Source: Patescibacteria group bacterium (GTDB lineage Bacteria; Patescibacteriota; WWE3; UBA101185; UBA10185). From it: a stretch of DNA of 64,000 nt. The DNA lies in NCBI GenBank assembly GCA_032117075.1, contig JAUMAA010000004.1, positions 2,629 through 66,628 on the forward strand, written 5' to 3'. Positions 18,527-28,607 of the stretch are shown piece by piece (position 1 is the stretch's first letter; each line of letters starts with the position of its first letter). The notes beneath the pieces are model-generated. The model was given only the letters and a program-made list of their open reading frames with translations, was not told where the DNA came from and did no database searches. Position numbers and translations under genes: made by a program.

Positions 18527-20836
18527 ATGGCTTTAGATAGCTATAATGCCTCTGAAGTAGATCAAAATTCTACAACAACAGTCCCTAAAGTATTTAATGT
18601 TACCAAAAGAAACGGAGATCATGTTGACTACGATATTAAAAAAGTAGTTAGTGCCATCCACAAATGTTTTCTTGAATCAAAAGAAGGGGGAGAAGTAGAT
18701 GCGATGAAGGTAGCTCTTAAAGTTGATAAAGAGCTAAACTTTTTAGTATCTAAAGCCGATGACTCCTCAGTTTCGGTTGAACTTATTCAAGATTTAGTTG
18801 AAAAACATTTAATGCTGGAAGATTATGTAGTTTCTGCTAAGTCCTACATTCTTTTTAGGAACGAAAGAACCAGAGCTAGGGGAATGTCTGCTGGCTTAGT
18901 AGTAAGACCTGAGGTTAAGGAATTATTTGAAAGTTCTAAAAAATATTTTCGAAATCCACTAGCGGAGTTTGTATATTTTAGATCCTATTCAAAATGGATA
19001 GATGAAAAAGGTAGAAGAGAAACTTGGATTGAGACAGTTCAAAGATTTATGTCCTTTATGAAAGAGGAGATTGGAACAAAGCTTTCTGAGAAAGAAATAA
19101 ATGAAATTAAACAGTCAATTTTAAATCAAGAAGTAATCCCATCTATGAGACTTTTATGGAGTGCTGGTCCCGCAGCTAAAAAAACTCATGTCGCTGCTTA
19201 TAACTGTTCTTATATCGCAATTACAGATTTAAGAGATTTTTCAGAGATAATGTATGTGGCAATGTGCGGTACTGGTGTAGGGTATTCGGTTGAAAATAAA
19301 TTTATATCAAAACTACCTGAAATTAAAAAACAGTCTGGAAGTGTTCTTCCTACTCATATAGTTGAAGATTCTAAAGAAGGATGGGCTGATGCTTTTTATC
19401 TCGCAATCTCAACTTGGTTTGACGGTAATGATATTGCTTTTGATTACTCCAGAATAAGACTAAAAGGTGCAAGATTAAACACCATGGGAGGAAGGGCTTC
19501 CGGCCCAGCTCCTTTAATCGATCTTATGAACTTTACAAAAGAGATAGTTCTTAGAAGACAAGGAAGCAAACTAGACTCCCTAGAAGTCCACGATATCGCT
19601 TGTAAGGTTGGTGAGATTGTTATTATGGGAGGAGTTAGAAGATCAGCAATGATTTCTTTATCTGACTTGGGAGATGAAAGTTTGAGACACTCAAAGGATG
19701 GTCAATTTTGGAATACAGCTCCTCAAAGAATTATGGCAAATAATTCAGCAGTATACGAAGTTAAACCCTCCTCACAAGATTTCTTACAAGAATGGGCTGC
19801 CCTAGCTAACTCCGGTACTGGAGAAAGGGGAATCTTTAACAGAGGTAACCTTACAAACCAACTACCGATGAGAAGGGTTGCTGCTTTTGATGAAGGTAAT
19901 CCTTCTGATTGGGGTACAAATCCTTGTGGTGAGATTACACTTAGATCAAAACAATTCTGTAACCTTACTTCAATAGTCATAAGAGAAGATGATACTGTTG
20001 AATCAATGTTAAGAAAAATTAGACTTTCCTCGATATTAGGTACCTTTCAAGCAACTTTAACTGACTTTCCATATTTAACAAAAGAGTGGAGAGAAAATTG
20101 TGTAAAAGAAGCTTTACTAGGGGTATCCTTGACTGGTTACTTCGACAATGAACTTGCTAGAAATGAAGAGAACCTTAGTAAAATGAGAGACTTAGCAGTC
20201 GAGGTTAATAAAGAGTATGCCAAGAGATTTGGAATAAATGAGTCTACATGTGTAACTTGCATAAAACCTTCTGGTAATTCATCTCAACTTCTAGATACAG
20301 CATCTGGTATGCATCCTAGATACTCTCAGTATTATATTAGAAGAGTAAGAGTTTCTTCTACCGACCCAATCTACAAGATGATGAAAAAACAAGGAATACC
20401 ATGTAAACCAGAGGTAGGTCAGCATGAAGAGACAGCAACAACTTATGTACTTGAGTTCCCAATCAAAGCTCCGGAAAATGCTATCTTTAAAGATGATGTA
20501 TCCGCAATTGAGCTACTTGAAGAGTGGAAGAAATTAAAACTTAATTTCACTGAACATAATCCTTCTGTAACAATTTATGTTGGAAGCGATGAGTGGATCA
20601 AAGTTGCAAATTGGGTTTATGAGAATTGGGAAATAGTCGGCGGCTTATCATTCTTACCTAGATCTGATTTTGTGTATCAATTAGCTCCGTATGAGGAAAT
20701 CACAAAGGAACAATATGAAGAGCTTTCTTCACAAATCAAGGAAATTGACTTTAGTGAGATTGTTATTTATGAAGCTGAAGATTTGACTGAAGGATCCAAA
20801 GAGTTGGCATGTATGGCTGGAAATTGTGAAATCTAG
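18527..20836 (+). CDS. nrdJ: Class II (adenosylcobalamin-dependent) ribonucleotide reductase with ATP cone
   Basis: VTKRNG ATP cone, YNCSY, TNPCGEI, KPSG, C-terminal CMAGNCEI. Confidence 0.9.
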   Translation: MALDSYNASEVDQNSTTTVPKVFNVTKRNGDHVDYDIKKVVSAIHKCFLESKEGGEVDAMKVALKVDKELNFLVSKADDSSVSVELIQDLVEKHLMLEDYVVSAKSYILFRNERTRARGMSAGLVVRPEVKELFESSKKYFRNPLAEFVYFRSYSKWIDEKGRRETWIETVQRFMSFMKEEIGTKLSEKEINEIKQSILNQEVIPSMRLLWSAGPAAKKTHVAAYNCSYIAITDLRDFSEIMYVAMCGTGVGYSVENKFISKLPEIKKQSGSVLPTHIVEDSKEGWADAFYLAISTWFDGNDIAFDYSRIRLKGARLNTMGGRASGPAPLIDLMNFTKEIVLRRQGSKLDSLEVHDIACKVGEIVIMGGVRRSAMISLSDLGDESLRHSKDGQFWNTAPQRIMANNSAVYEVKPSSQDFLQEWAALANSGTGERGIFNRGNLTNQLPMRRVAAFDEGNPSDWGTNPCGEITLRSKQFCNLTSIVIREDDTVESMLRKIRLSSILGTFQATLTDFPYLTKEWRENCVKEALLGVSLTGYFDNELARNEENLSKMRDLAVEVNKEYAKRFGINESTCVTCIKPSGNSSQLLDTASGMHPRYSQYYIRRVRVSSTDPIYKMMKKQGIPCKPEVGQHEETATTYVLEFPIKAPENAIFKDDVSAIELLEEWKKLKLNFTEHNPSVTIYVGSDEWIKVANWVYENWEIVGGLSFLPRSDFVYQLAPYEEITKEQYEELSSQIKEIDFSEIVIYEAEDLTEGSKELACMAGNCEI

Positions 20837-20865
20837 TTACTGACTAGTTCTTCAAATTTCTATAC

Positions 20866-20900
20866 AAAAGGCGGATTTATTACAACAAATCCGCCTTTTT
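20866..20900. terminator. Intrinsic (likely bidirectional) terminator
   Basis: AAAAGGCGGATTT-loop-AAATCCGCCTTTTT. Confidence 0.85.
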
Positions 20901-20935
20901 GTTGTTTTAAAATTGATATAATTTATAATACAGAT

Positions 20936-23761
20936 ATGTTTAAAGAAGTTGATTCACTTCCAAATTTTTCAAATATAGAAAAAGAAATCCTTTCTTATTG
21001 GGAAACTATTATTCCTGTAGAAAAGCTCAAGGAGCTAAGAAAAGATTCCCCAGAGTTTGTTTATTATGATGGTCCAATTACCGCTAACGGAAAGCCTCAT
21101 TATGGCCACTGTATTACTTGGACAATGAAAGATGTAGTTCCTAGATACTGGACTATGAAAAATTACTATGTTTCAAGAAACATGGGTTGGGATTGTCAAG
21201 GAATTTTAGTTGAAGTTGAGGTTGAAAAAGAACTTGGTTTTAAACACAAGGACGACATTATAAAGTATGGCATTGATAAATTTAACGATGCTTGTAAGAA
21301 TTCAGTTCTTAAATTGAAAGATTTAATATTTGATTATGAAAAAAAGATGGGCAGATGGTTCGATGAGAAAGACGAGTATTACACAATGGATCCTAAATAT
21401 ATCGAATCAATGTGGTGGTCTGTAAAAGAACTCTACAACAAAGGTTTGTTATACGAAGATTTTAAAAATGTTGCTTACTCAACTAGGGCTGGAACCACAC
21501 TTTCTTCCCACGAAGTAAAAGATGGTGGTTACAAAGATATTGAAGACGACTATGTAATTGTTAAATTTAAATTAAAAGATGAGGATTCTTACTTACTTGC
21601 TTATACAACTACTCCGTGGACATTATTTGGAAATTTATTAATTGGAATTAAAAAAGATTCAACTTATGTGAAAGTTAGATTTAATGAAGAAAATTATATT
21701 TGCTCTAAAGATTTAGTAGAAAATTTATTTTCTGAAAACTTTGAAATTTTAGAAGAATTTGATTCATCAAAGATTGAAGGTATGGAATATTACCCTCTTT
21801 TTCCTCACTATGAGACAAAAAGAGAGGAGGGTGCTTTTAGAGTAATCCTTGCTTCTCATGCAGTTACAACAGAAGGGACTGGTATGGTTCATTTAGCTCC
21901 TTATGGTGAAGAAGACTTTGAAATTTTAAGAGATAAAAAAATTAAAGCTTTTGATTATCTTGACGATACGGCTAATTTTACAAATGATATTCCCGAATTT
22001 GCTGGTGTTTTTTATAAAGATGCTAATTCTAAAATTATTGAAGACTTAGTTTCAAGAAATCTAATGTTTCAACACGGGAAAGTAGTTCACAGAATGCCAA
22101 TGTGCTACAGAACTAATACCCCTTTAATTTATAAACCAATAAAATCTTGGTATTTAAATGTTGAAAAACTAAAACCAAGACTACTTGAAGAAAATAATAA
22201 AATAAGGTGGGTTCCAGAACATGTAAAAAAAGGTAATTCGGGATCTTGGATTGAAAATGCTAAAGATTGGTGTCTTTCAAGAAACAGATATTGGGGTACT
22301 CCGATGCCAATTTGGAAAAATGAAACTACAGGTGAGATTATTGTCATTGGATCATTTGAAGAATTAAAAAAATTATCTGGTATTGAGATCTCAGATCCTC
22401 ACAGACCTTATGTTGATGAAATTTCTTGGGAAGACAAAGAAAAAGGTGGTGTTTTTAAAAGGGTAATTGATGTTATAGATGTTTGGTATGATTCAGGCTC
22501 TGTTCCTTTTGCAAAAGTTTACTACCCAAATAATTTAGAGTTATTTAATCAAAAATTTCCTGCTAAATATATTTCTGAAGGTATGGATCAGACACACCTT
22601 TGGTTTTATACCATGCTTGTTTTGAATGTTGCTCTATTTGATAAGTCTCCTTTTGAAAACTGTATTGTTACGGGCATGCTTTTAGATAAAAATGCTAAGA
22701 AACTTTCTAAATCAAAAGGAAACTACCCTCCAATTGATGATGTTTTAGAAAATTATAGTGCTGATATCTTAAGATACTTTGCTTTAACTTCCCCAATTGT
22801 TCAAGGTGAGTTTACTAGATTTTATGAAGATTTGCTAAAAGAAATCAAAAAAGAATTCTTTTTAATTTATTGGAACACCCTGAAATTCTTTGTTACTTAT
22901 GCGAATTTAAATAATTTCTCACCTGATAAAAAGATAGAATCAGACGATGTTCTTGATAAATGGATAAAATTAAGAGTAAAAGAAGTTAAACACTCCATTT
23001 ATAAAAATATGGAAGTTTATGAGATTATGCCCGCAGCAAGGGAATTCGCTCCATTAGTTAGCGATTTATCTACTTGGTATGTTAGAAGGTCTCGAGAAAA
23101 AATCAAAAATGGCGATCTAGCATCTCTCTCGACCTTATATGATGTTCTAACAGAAATTACGCTTTTAATGGCTCCTTTCTTTCCATTTTTATCTGAGAAG
23201 TCTTATCAAGTCCTAAATTTAAATAAATCTAGAAATTTAGATTCAGTTCATTTTGATTTATTTACAGATTTGGAGAGTGAATTAACAGATTCTGAAAAAG
23301 ACTTACTTTTGAAAATGTCATTAGATAGAAGAATTATTACAGAACTTTTAAATTTAAGAACAAAATCTAAAATTTCTTTACGACAACCTCTTGAAAATTT
23401 TTATTCCAACCAAGAAGTGAGTTTCCCAGAGTTAGTTTTGGATGAAGTAAATATTAAATCTTATTCAAAAAATGAAATTCAAAGTGAGAGTATTTTAGCT
23501 AATGAAGATAGAAGCATTGTACTAAATCTTGAGATTAGTGAAGAACTACGACAAGAAGGAATTTTGAGAGATTTTCTCAGAAAAGTTCAGGATTTAAGAA
23601 AAGCATCTAATTTAAAGGTAGAAGACCAAATTAAATTGACTTTTTCCCAAGAAGATATAAGCGAAGACAATATTAAGTTAAATAGACAAACTCTTGAGAA
23701 AAAAGTAAATGCTAAGGAAATAGTAATGGGCGGTGAGACAAAAATTGAAATTGTTCAATGA
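20936..23761 (+). CDS. ileS: Isoleucine-tRNA ligase (type 2)
   Basis: HYGH, TTTPWTL, DWCLSRNRYWG, KLSKS; no C-terminal Zn finger. Confidence 0.96.
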   Translation: MFKEVDSLPNFSNIEKEILSYWETIIPVEKLKELRKDSPEFVYYDGPITANGKPHYGHCITWTMKDVVPRYWTMKNYYVSRNMGWDCQGILVEVEVEKELGFKHKDDIIKYGIDKFNDACKNSVLKLKDLIFDYEKKMGRWFDEKDEYYTMDPKYIESMWWSVKELYNKGLLYEDFKNVAYSTRAGTTLSSHEVKDGGYKDIEDDYVIVKFKLKDEDSYLLAYTTTPWTLFGNLLIGIKKDSTYVKVRFNEENYICSKDLVENLFSENFEILEEFDSSKIEGMEYYPLFPHYETKREEGAFRVILASHAVTTEGTGMVHLAPYGEEDFEILRDKKIKAFDYLDDTANFTNDIPEFAGVFYKDANSKIIEDLVSRNLMFQHGKVVHRMPMCYRTNTPLIYKPIKSWYLNVEKLKPRLLEENNKIRWVPEHVKKGNSGSWIENAKDWCLSRNRYWGTPMPIWKNETTGEIIVIGSFEELKKLSGIEISDPHRPYVDEISWEDKEKGGVFKRVIDVIDVWYDSGSVPFAKVYYPNNLELFNQKFPAKYISEGMDQTHLWFYTMLVLNVALFDKSPFENCIVTGMLLDKNAKKLSKSKGNYPPIDDVLENYSADILRYFALTSPIVQGEFTRFYEDLLKEIKKEFFLIYWNTLKFFVTYANLNNFSPDKKIESDDVLDKWIKLRVKEVKHSIYKNMEVYEIMPAAREFAPLVSDLSTWYVRRSREKIKNGDLASLSTLYDVLTEITLLMAPFFPFLSEKSYQVLNLNKSRNLDSVHFDLFTDLESELTDSEKDLLLKMSLDRRIITELLNLRTKSKISLRQPLENFYSNQEVSFPELVLDEVNIKSYSKNEIQSESILANEDRSIVLNLEISEELRQEGILRDFLRKVQDLRKASNLKVEDQIKLTFSQEDISEDNIKLNRQTLEKKVNAKEIVMGGETKIEIVQ

Positions 23762-24834
23762 TTTTTGATTTTGTAAAAAATATAAATTTCAGAATATTTT
23801 TACCAGCTTTTTTCATTTTTATTATTAGTTTAATTACATTAAATTCATCAATTCCTAGTTTGTTTTATAACCATTTAATATATGCAATCTTTGGAATTCT
23901 TATTTTTTTAATTCTAACCAAAATTGATACCAATTTTTTTGTGAATAAATCATTTCTTTTTTATTTTTTGATAGTGTTTTTATTGCTCTTAGTTTATACA
24001 ATTGGTCACACTGCCCTAGGGGCTTCAAGATGGTTAAGAGTGGGGGAACTGTCAGTTCAGCCCTCTGAATTTGCAAAAGTTTCTCTTATTCTTTTGCTAT
24101 CAAAAATTTGGGTTGATAGATCTGAGTGGAATTTAAAATTCTTGGTCCTTAAAAATAAATTTATTAAGTCTTTGATTGTTTTTATTCCTTTAATAACCTT
24201 TGTTTTAATTCAGCCGGACTTAGGAACTTCTATCATTATTTTTTTAGTATTTATGAACCTATTATTAGTCAGCCCTTTTCCTAAAAGATATATTGTCTAT
24301 TTTTTGATCTTAGTTTCTATTTTTTCTTCTTATTTTTGGGGTTTTCTTCATGATTATCAGAGGGAGAGAGTTATTATATTTTTAAATCCTGAGATTGATC
24401 GCTATGGGGCTGGGTACAATTCAATTCAAGCCACCATAGCTGTTGGTTCCGGCGGTGTTTTTGGAAAAGGATACTCAAAAGGGACCCAAACTCAGTTGAA
24501 TTTTTTACCAATTTTTTGGACAGATTTTTTAGTAGCAACCTATGCTGAGGAATGGGGTTTGTTTGGTTTAATTGCCTTGATTGGAGTTTATTCATATTTT
24601 TTAAGGGAGATTAGATTTATAACTTTACGAGCTTCTACACCTGAAGCTAAGTTTATTTCGATGGGAGTTCTAACTTATTTTGGATTTCAATTTATTATTA
24701 ATACTGGAATGAATATTGGACTCATGCCCGTAACAGGAATACCAATACCCTTTTTTTCATACGGGGGAACATCCCTTATTTCTTCTTTTTTTCTTTTAGG
24801 TTTGATTAATAAAATATCTGTGGAAAAAGTTTAA
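23758..24834 (+). CDS. rodA: SEDS protein RodA
   Basis: QPSEFAK, QPDLGT, YQRER, GIPIPFFSYGG. Confidence 0.9.
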   Translation: MIFDFVKNINFRIFLPAFFIFIISLITLNSSIPSLFYNHLIYAIFGILIFLILTKIDTNFFVNKSFLFYFLIVFLLLLVYTIGHTALGASRWLRVGELSVQPSEFAKVSLILLLSKIWVDRSEWNLKFLVLKNKFIKSLIVFIPLITFVLIQPDLGTSIIIFLVFMNLLLVSPFPKRYIVYFLILVSIFSSYFWGFLHDYQRERVIIFLNPEIDRYGAGYNSIQATIAVGSGGVFGKGYSKGTQTQLNFLPIFWTDFLVATYAEEWGLFGLIALIGVYSYFLREIRFITLRASTPEAKFISMGVLTYFGFQFIINTGMNIGLMPVTGIPIPFFSYGGTSLISSFFLLGLINKISVEKV

Positions 24835-24852
24835 ATTTGTTAAAATAAAACT

Positions 24853-26256
24853 ATGTTTATTGTAAGTACCTATTCTAACTACCTAACAGTTTCTTATAGA
24901 GAAGGTAGTAACTTGATTGAAAAATCAGTTCCTCTTGAATTAAGTATTTTAGAAAATTCACATATAAAATTAGTTGATGAGTTTAAAAAGATTCTTTACA
25001 ATGTTTTGTATGACATTAAAGGTATGTCTTATAAGAATATACCTGTTGTTTTCATTTTAGATCCTCTCAAAGTTGATTTTAGATTTTACAAAAAATCAAA
25101 GGATAGTAGTGAAGAAGAATCTTTAAACTCAATTTTTGATGAAATTGGTAAGAATAAAGAATCACTTTATTATTCAGTCCAAAAAAAATCACCATTATTT
25201 TCTCAATTTGTAGCTATTAATAAAAATGATTTGGACATTTTAGATCAAGTTTCCTCAGAGCTCGGTTTACAGGTAAAAGGTGTTTTTTCTTATTTATCAC
25301 TTTTGACCAAATATGTGAATCATCCAGGAAATCTAATAATGGTTACTTCTTATTTAGGAAATATCGTTCTTTCTCTTTCTGAACAAAATTCAATTTATTT
25401 TAATGATTCATATGGTTCATTTAGAGATATTTCAAACATTAAAAGATTAGTTGAAAATTTAAAACTTTTTAAGAATAATGGAAAAAATAGCGAGATTGTC
25501 TCCTTTAATTTTGAAAATCCAGAGATAACCAATAAATTAAATATTCAGGAAGTAATTTTTAATAATGATTACGGTTATATAAATCCTATTCATGCTCTAG
25601 CTGATGTTGCATTAGAAATATTTGAAAACGAAATTTATAGTTTAAATTATAATTTGATAAATTTAGTTGCATCTGAGCAGGTAAACGAGGAGCAAAAAGT
25701 TCCTATTTTAAAGTATGCCTTCATGCTAATTTTTTCACTATTATTAGGGGGTGGTGGTTACTATTTAAGTTTTGTTAACCCAACACTTGTGACTGGTGTA
25801 TTAGGAACAAACTCATCCGCTAATGAAGAAAGTAATAATTCAAATGAAAACACTTCCGTTGTACCTGGAAGTAACTTAACTTTCCCAAGGGTTTCTGTAC
25901 CTGTTGAATCTAATCCAAAATCTGATGTATTAACTGGTGAAAATGTCGATTTAACAGCCCCTTCCTCTACATTGTCTCTGCCTAAAGATAAAATTAAAGT
26001 TCAGGTTCTAAACTCTACCGGAGTAGCAGGAAAGGCAAGGACAAAAGGAGAGCTGATGAAGAGTTTGGGGTATAAAAATGTTGAAATTGGGGATACAAAG
26101 CCAGTGATTGAAGGTACTCTTATGAAAGTTGTCCCAGAATATATTAATTATAAAGATGCTTTTATGAAGGAACTTATTACCTTTGAAAACCTTAAAGTCG
26201 AGCAAAATACTGAAACAAGTCCAAAATATGACCTTATCATAGTACTTGGTAAGTAG
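24853..26256 (+). CDS. Bitopic membrane protein with LytR C-terminal domain
   Basis: C-terminal VQVLNSTGVAGKA...DLIIVLGK; central TM; large N-terminal cytoplasmic domain. Confidence 0.8.
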   Translation: MFIVSTYSNYLTVSYREGSNLIEKSVPLELSILENSHIKLVDEFKKILYNVLYDIKGMSYKNIPVVFILDPLKVDFRFYKKSKDSSEEESLNSIFDEIGKNKESLYYSVQKKSPLFSQFVAINKNDLDILDQVSSELGLQVKGVFSYLSLLTKYVNHPGNLIMVTSYLGNIVLSLSEQNSIYFNDSYGSFRDISNIKRLVENLKLFKNNGKNSEIVSFNFENPEITNKLNIQEVIFNNDYGYINPIHALADVALEIFENEIYSLNYNLINLVASEQVNEEQKVPILKYAFMLIFSLLLGGGGYYLSFVNPTLVTGVLGTNSSANEESNNSNENTSVVPGSNLTFPRVSVPVESNPKSDVLTGENVDLTAPSSTLSLPKDKIKVQVLNSTGVAGKARTKGELMKSLGYKNVEIGDTKPVIEGTLMKVVPEYINYKDAFMKELITFENLKVEQNTETSPKYDLIIVLGK

Positions 26257-26304
26257 AATTTCTTGTAAAATATTATAAAATATAGTATTATTCAGAAGTT
26301 AAAT

Positions 26305-26613
26305 ATGAAAACAGCAATTATTAGCCTTGACGGCAGACAATTTAAAATAAAAGAAGGACAAGTTTTTAAAGTTAATTCTATTGAAAATTTCGATGCTTTA
26401 AAGGTATTAACCTTTATTGAGGGTGAAAATACTGAAATAGGAGCCCCTTTTTTGGAGAATATAACTGTCTCTTTATCTAAAGTTGAAGATAGATTAGATG
26501 AGAAGGTTAGAGTTTCTAGATTTAGATCAAAATCAAGACATAGAAGAACTAAAGGTTTTAGACAACCAATCTCAATTGTTAAAGTAGAGTCAATTTCTAA
26601 GGAGAATAAATAA
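26305..26613 (+). CDS. rplU: 50S ribosomal protein L21
   Basis: GRQFKIKEG, KGFRQ; adjacent to rpmA. Confidence 0.95.
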   Translation: MKTAIISLDGRQFKIKEGQVFKVNSIENFDALKVLTFIEGENTEIGAPFLENITVSLSKVEDRLDEKVRVSRFRSKSRHRRTKGFRQPISIVKVESISKENK

Positions 26614-26874
26614 ATGGCACATAAGAAGGCGGGAAGTACAAAAGCAAAACAAGGTGGAAATGTAGCTGGAAAAAGACTTGGTGTTAAAGTTTTCGGTGGT
26701 GATTTTGTTAAATCAGGTGGAATTATCGTTAGACAAAGAGGAATGGTTTTCGATTCTGGAAAAAACACACTAGTTGGAAGAGATCATACAATCTTCTCCA
26801 CAATCGATGGTATTGTTAAATTTGTTTACAACACTAAATCAAAAAAAAGAATTGATGTTGAATCTTTAAACTAA
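26614..26874 (+). CDS. rpmA: 50S ribosomal protein L27
   Basis: [27 protein letters not shown]. Confidence 0.98.
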   Translation: MAHKKAGSTKAKQGGNVAGKRLGVKVFGGDFVKSGGIIVRQRGMVFDSGKNTLVGRDHTIFSTIDGIVKFVYNTKSKKRIDVESLN

Positions 26875-26911
26875 TTTTCTCTAAAAATAATCTAAAAATA
26901 AAATTTATATA

Positions 26912-27301
26912 TTAAAAGGATAGGAAGACTTTTCCAATTATGTTTTCTCCCTTTAGTGGTCCGTAGTTTCTTGAATCTATACTTTCCTTAGGGTTATCTC
27001 CAAGAACATAAATTTCATTTTTATTTAATGAAATCTCAGTCCCATCAAGTTCAAATTTTTCACCTGGAAGATGTGATAATCTTTTAATCATTTCCTCATT
27101 TTTTACTTGAAGAATTAATATATCACCTTTTTTAATTTCAAAAAGTTTAAAAAGATACTTATCAACAACAATTAAAGTATTATTTTTTAATGTCGGGTGC
27201 ATTGAATTACCGCTGATATAACTAATTCTAAAATTGAAAATTAGAAAGAAAAAAATGAAGAAAGATAGAAATTTTAATGTATGGTTTAAAATTTTAGACA
27301 T
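26912..27301 (-). CDS. lepB: Signal peptidase I (S26)
   Basis: GNSMHPTL serine, IKR lysine, GDN..SIDSRNYG. Confidence 0.9.
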   Translation of the reverse strand: MSKILNHTLKFLSFFIFFFLIFNFRISYISGNSMHPTLKNNTLIVVDKYLFKLFEIKKGDILILQVKNEEMIKRLSHLPGEKFELDGTEISLNKNEIYVLGDNPKESIDSRNYGPLKGENIIGKVFLSF

Positions 27302-27319
27302 ATTAAAATATTATAATAA

Positions 27320-28606
27320 ATGAAATCAATAAAGTTAAGTCAAACTGTTAAAAAAATAGCCTCAAATACTTTTTATCAACTAATTTCCAAGGTAATTACT
27401 ATGACAATTACTTTCGGACTTAGTATTATGATATCCATTAATTACGGTAGTGAAGGATATGGTTTTTTTTCTATTCTTCAATCAATTCCTGCTCTCTTTT
27501 ATATTATTGCTGACTTTGGACTTAATGCCATTTCAGCAAGAGAAATATCCAAAAAGACTAAGGAGATAGAGTCGGTCTTTTCAAATATTCTTTTTTTAAG
27601 GTTAATAATTAGTGTTTTAGGTGTCATTGCATGTTTAATTTTATCCTTTGCTTTGTATCAGGATGAGCAACTCAGATTCGGACTGGCTCTTGCTAGTTTA
27701 ATAATAGTTTCACAGTCTTTAATAATGAGTACTAATTTAATTTTTCAAATCAAACTAAAATACGACCTTTCATCTCTTTCAAATGTAATAGGTTACCTTT
27801 TAATTTTATTTTTTAGTATCTATTTCATAAATAACTCGGTAGATCTGGCTTACATTAACTTTCTCTATGTTATTGGCGGATTTATTACTTTAACTATCAA
27901 TCTAATACTAATCTATAAGAGGTTTATTAGGGTCAGCTTTGATTTTGATAAATCATACTTAAAATATATGTTTGCAGAATCCTGGCCTCTAGGTTTGATG
28001 TTTCTATTTTCTCAAATAAATTTTAGAGCAGACTCAATTTTATTAAGTACTTTGAAAATTCCAGAAAATTTTGGTTCTAACTTGCAAGCAGTAGGTGTGT
28101 ATTCTTTTCCGTATAAGATATTCGAAGTTTTATTAGTTGTACCAACTTTTATGATGAATTCCCTGTACCCTATTCTTCTAGATAGATATCAGAAAGGTGA
28201 GATGGAATTTAAAAAATTCTTTAATAAAGCTTTAGCTATGTTTTTAAGTGTCGGACTACTAGTTACATTTTTAGGATATTTAGGAATTTTTATAATAGAA
28301 AAGTATCAGATTGTTAATACTTACTTTAACCAGGATTTTATAAACTCCCCCGATATTTTAAGAATTCTTCTACTTGGTTTGGTATTCTTTTTTTTATCAC
28401 AACCACTGGCTTGGGTTTTTGTTGTTAAGGAAAAACAAATAATTCTCCCTTTGTTTTATTTTTTGGCAGCAGTTTTAAACTTATTCCTTAATTTTGTCTT
28501 TATCCCTCAGTTCGGTTACTTTGCCAGCAGTTATATTACTTGGTTAACAGAATTAATAATATTGATTTTACTTTTCTTAACTGCCAAGATCAAGAAATGG
28601 ATCTAA
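27320..28606 (+). CDS. Wzx-type polysaccharide flippase
   Basis: About 12 TMs, ADFGL, AVGVYS, NLFLNFVFIPQFG. Confidence 0.88.
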   Translation: MKSIKLSQTVKKIASNTFYQLISKVITMTITFGLSIMISINYGSEGYGFFSILQSIPALFYIIADFGLNAISAREISKKTKEIESVFSNILFLRLIISVLGVIACLILSFALYQDEQLRFGLALASLIIVSQSLIMSTNLIFQIKLKYDLSSLSNVIGYLLILFFSIYFINNSVDLAYINFLYVIGGFITLTINLILIYKRFIRVSFDFDKSYLKYMFAESWPLGLMFLFSQINFRADSILLSTLKIPENFGSNLQAVGVYSFPYKIFEVLLVVPTFMMNSLYPILLDRYQKGEMEFKKFFNKALAMFLSVGLLVTFLGYLGIFIIEKYQIVNTYFNQDFINSPDILRILLLGLVFFFLSQPLAWVFVVKEKQIILPLFYFLAAVLNLFLNFVFIPQFGYFASSYITWLTELIILILLFLTAKIKKWI

Positions 28607-28607
28607 G

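Noticed and set aside
18527-20836. Intein or intron in nrdJ (also checked polA, uvrA, clpC)
   Set aside because: Lengths are normal and no splice-junction or LAGLIDADG motifs were seen
26880-26901. Tandem 11-mer TCTAAAAATAA x2 between rpmA and lepB
   Set aside because: Two low-complexity copies; likely slippage
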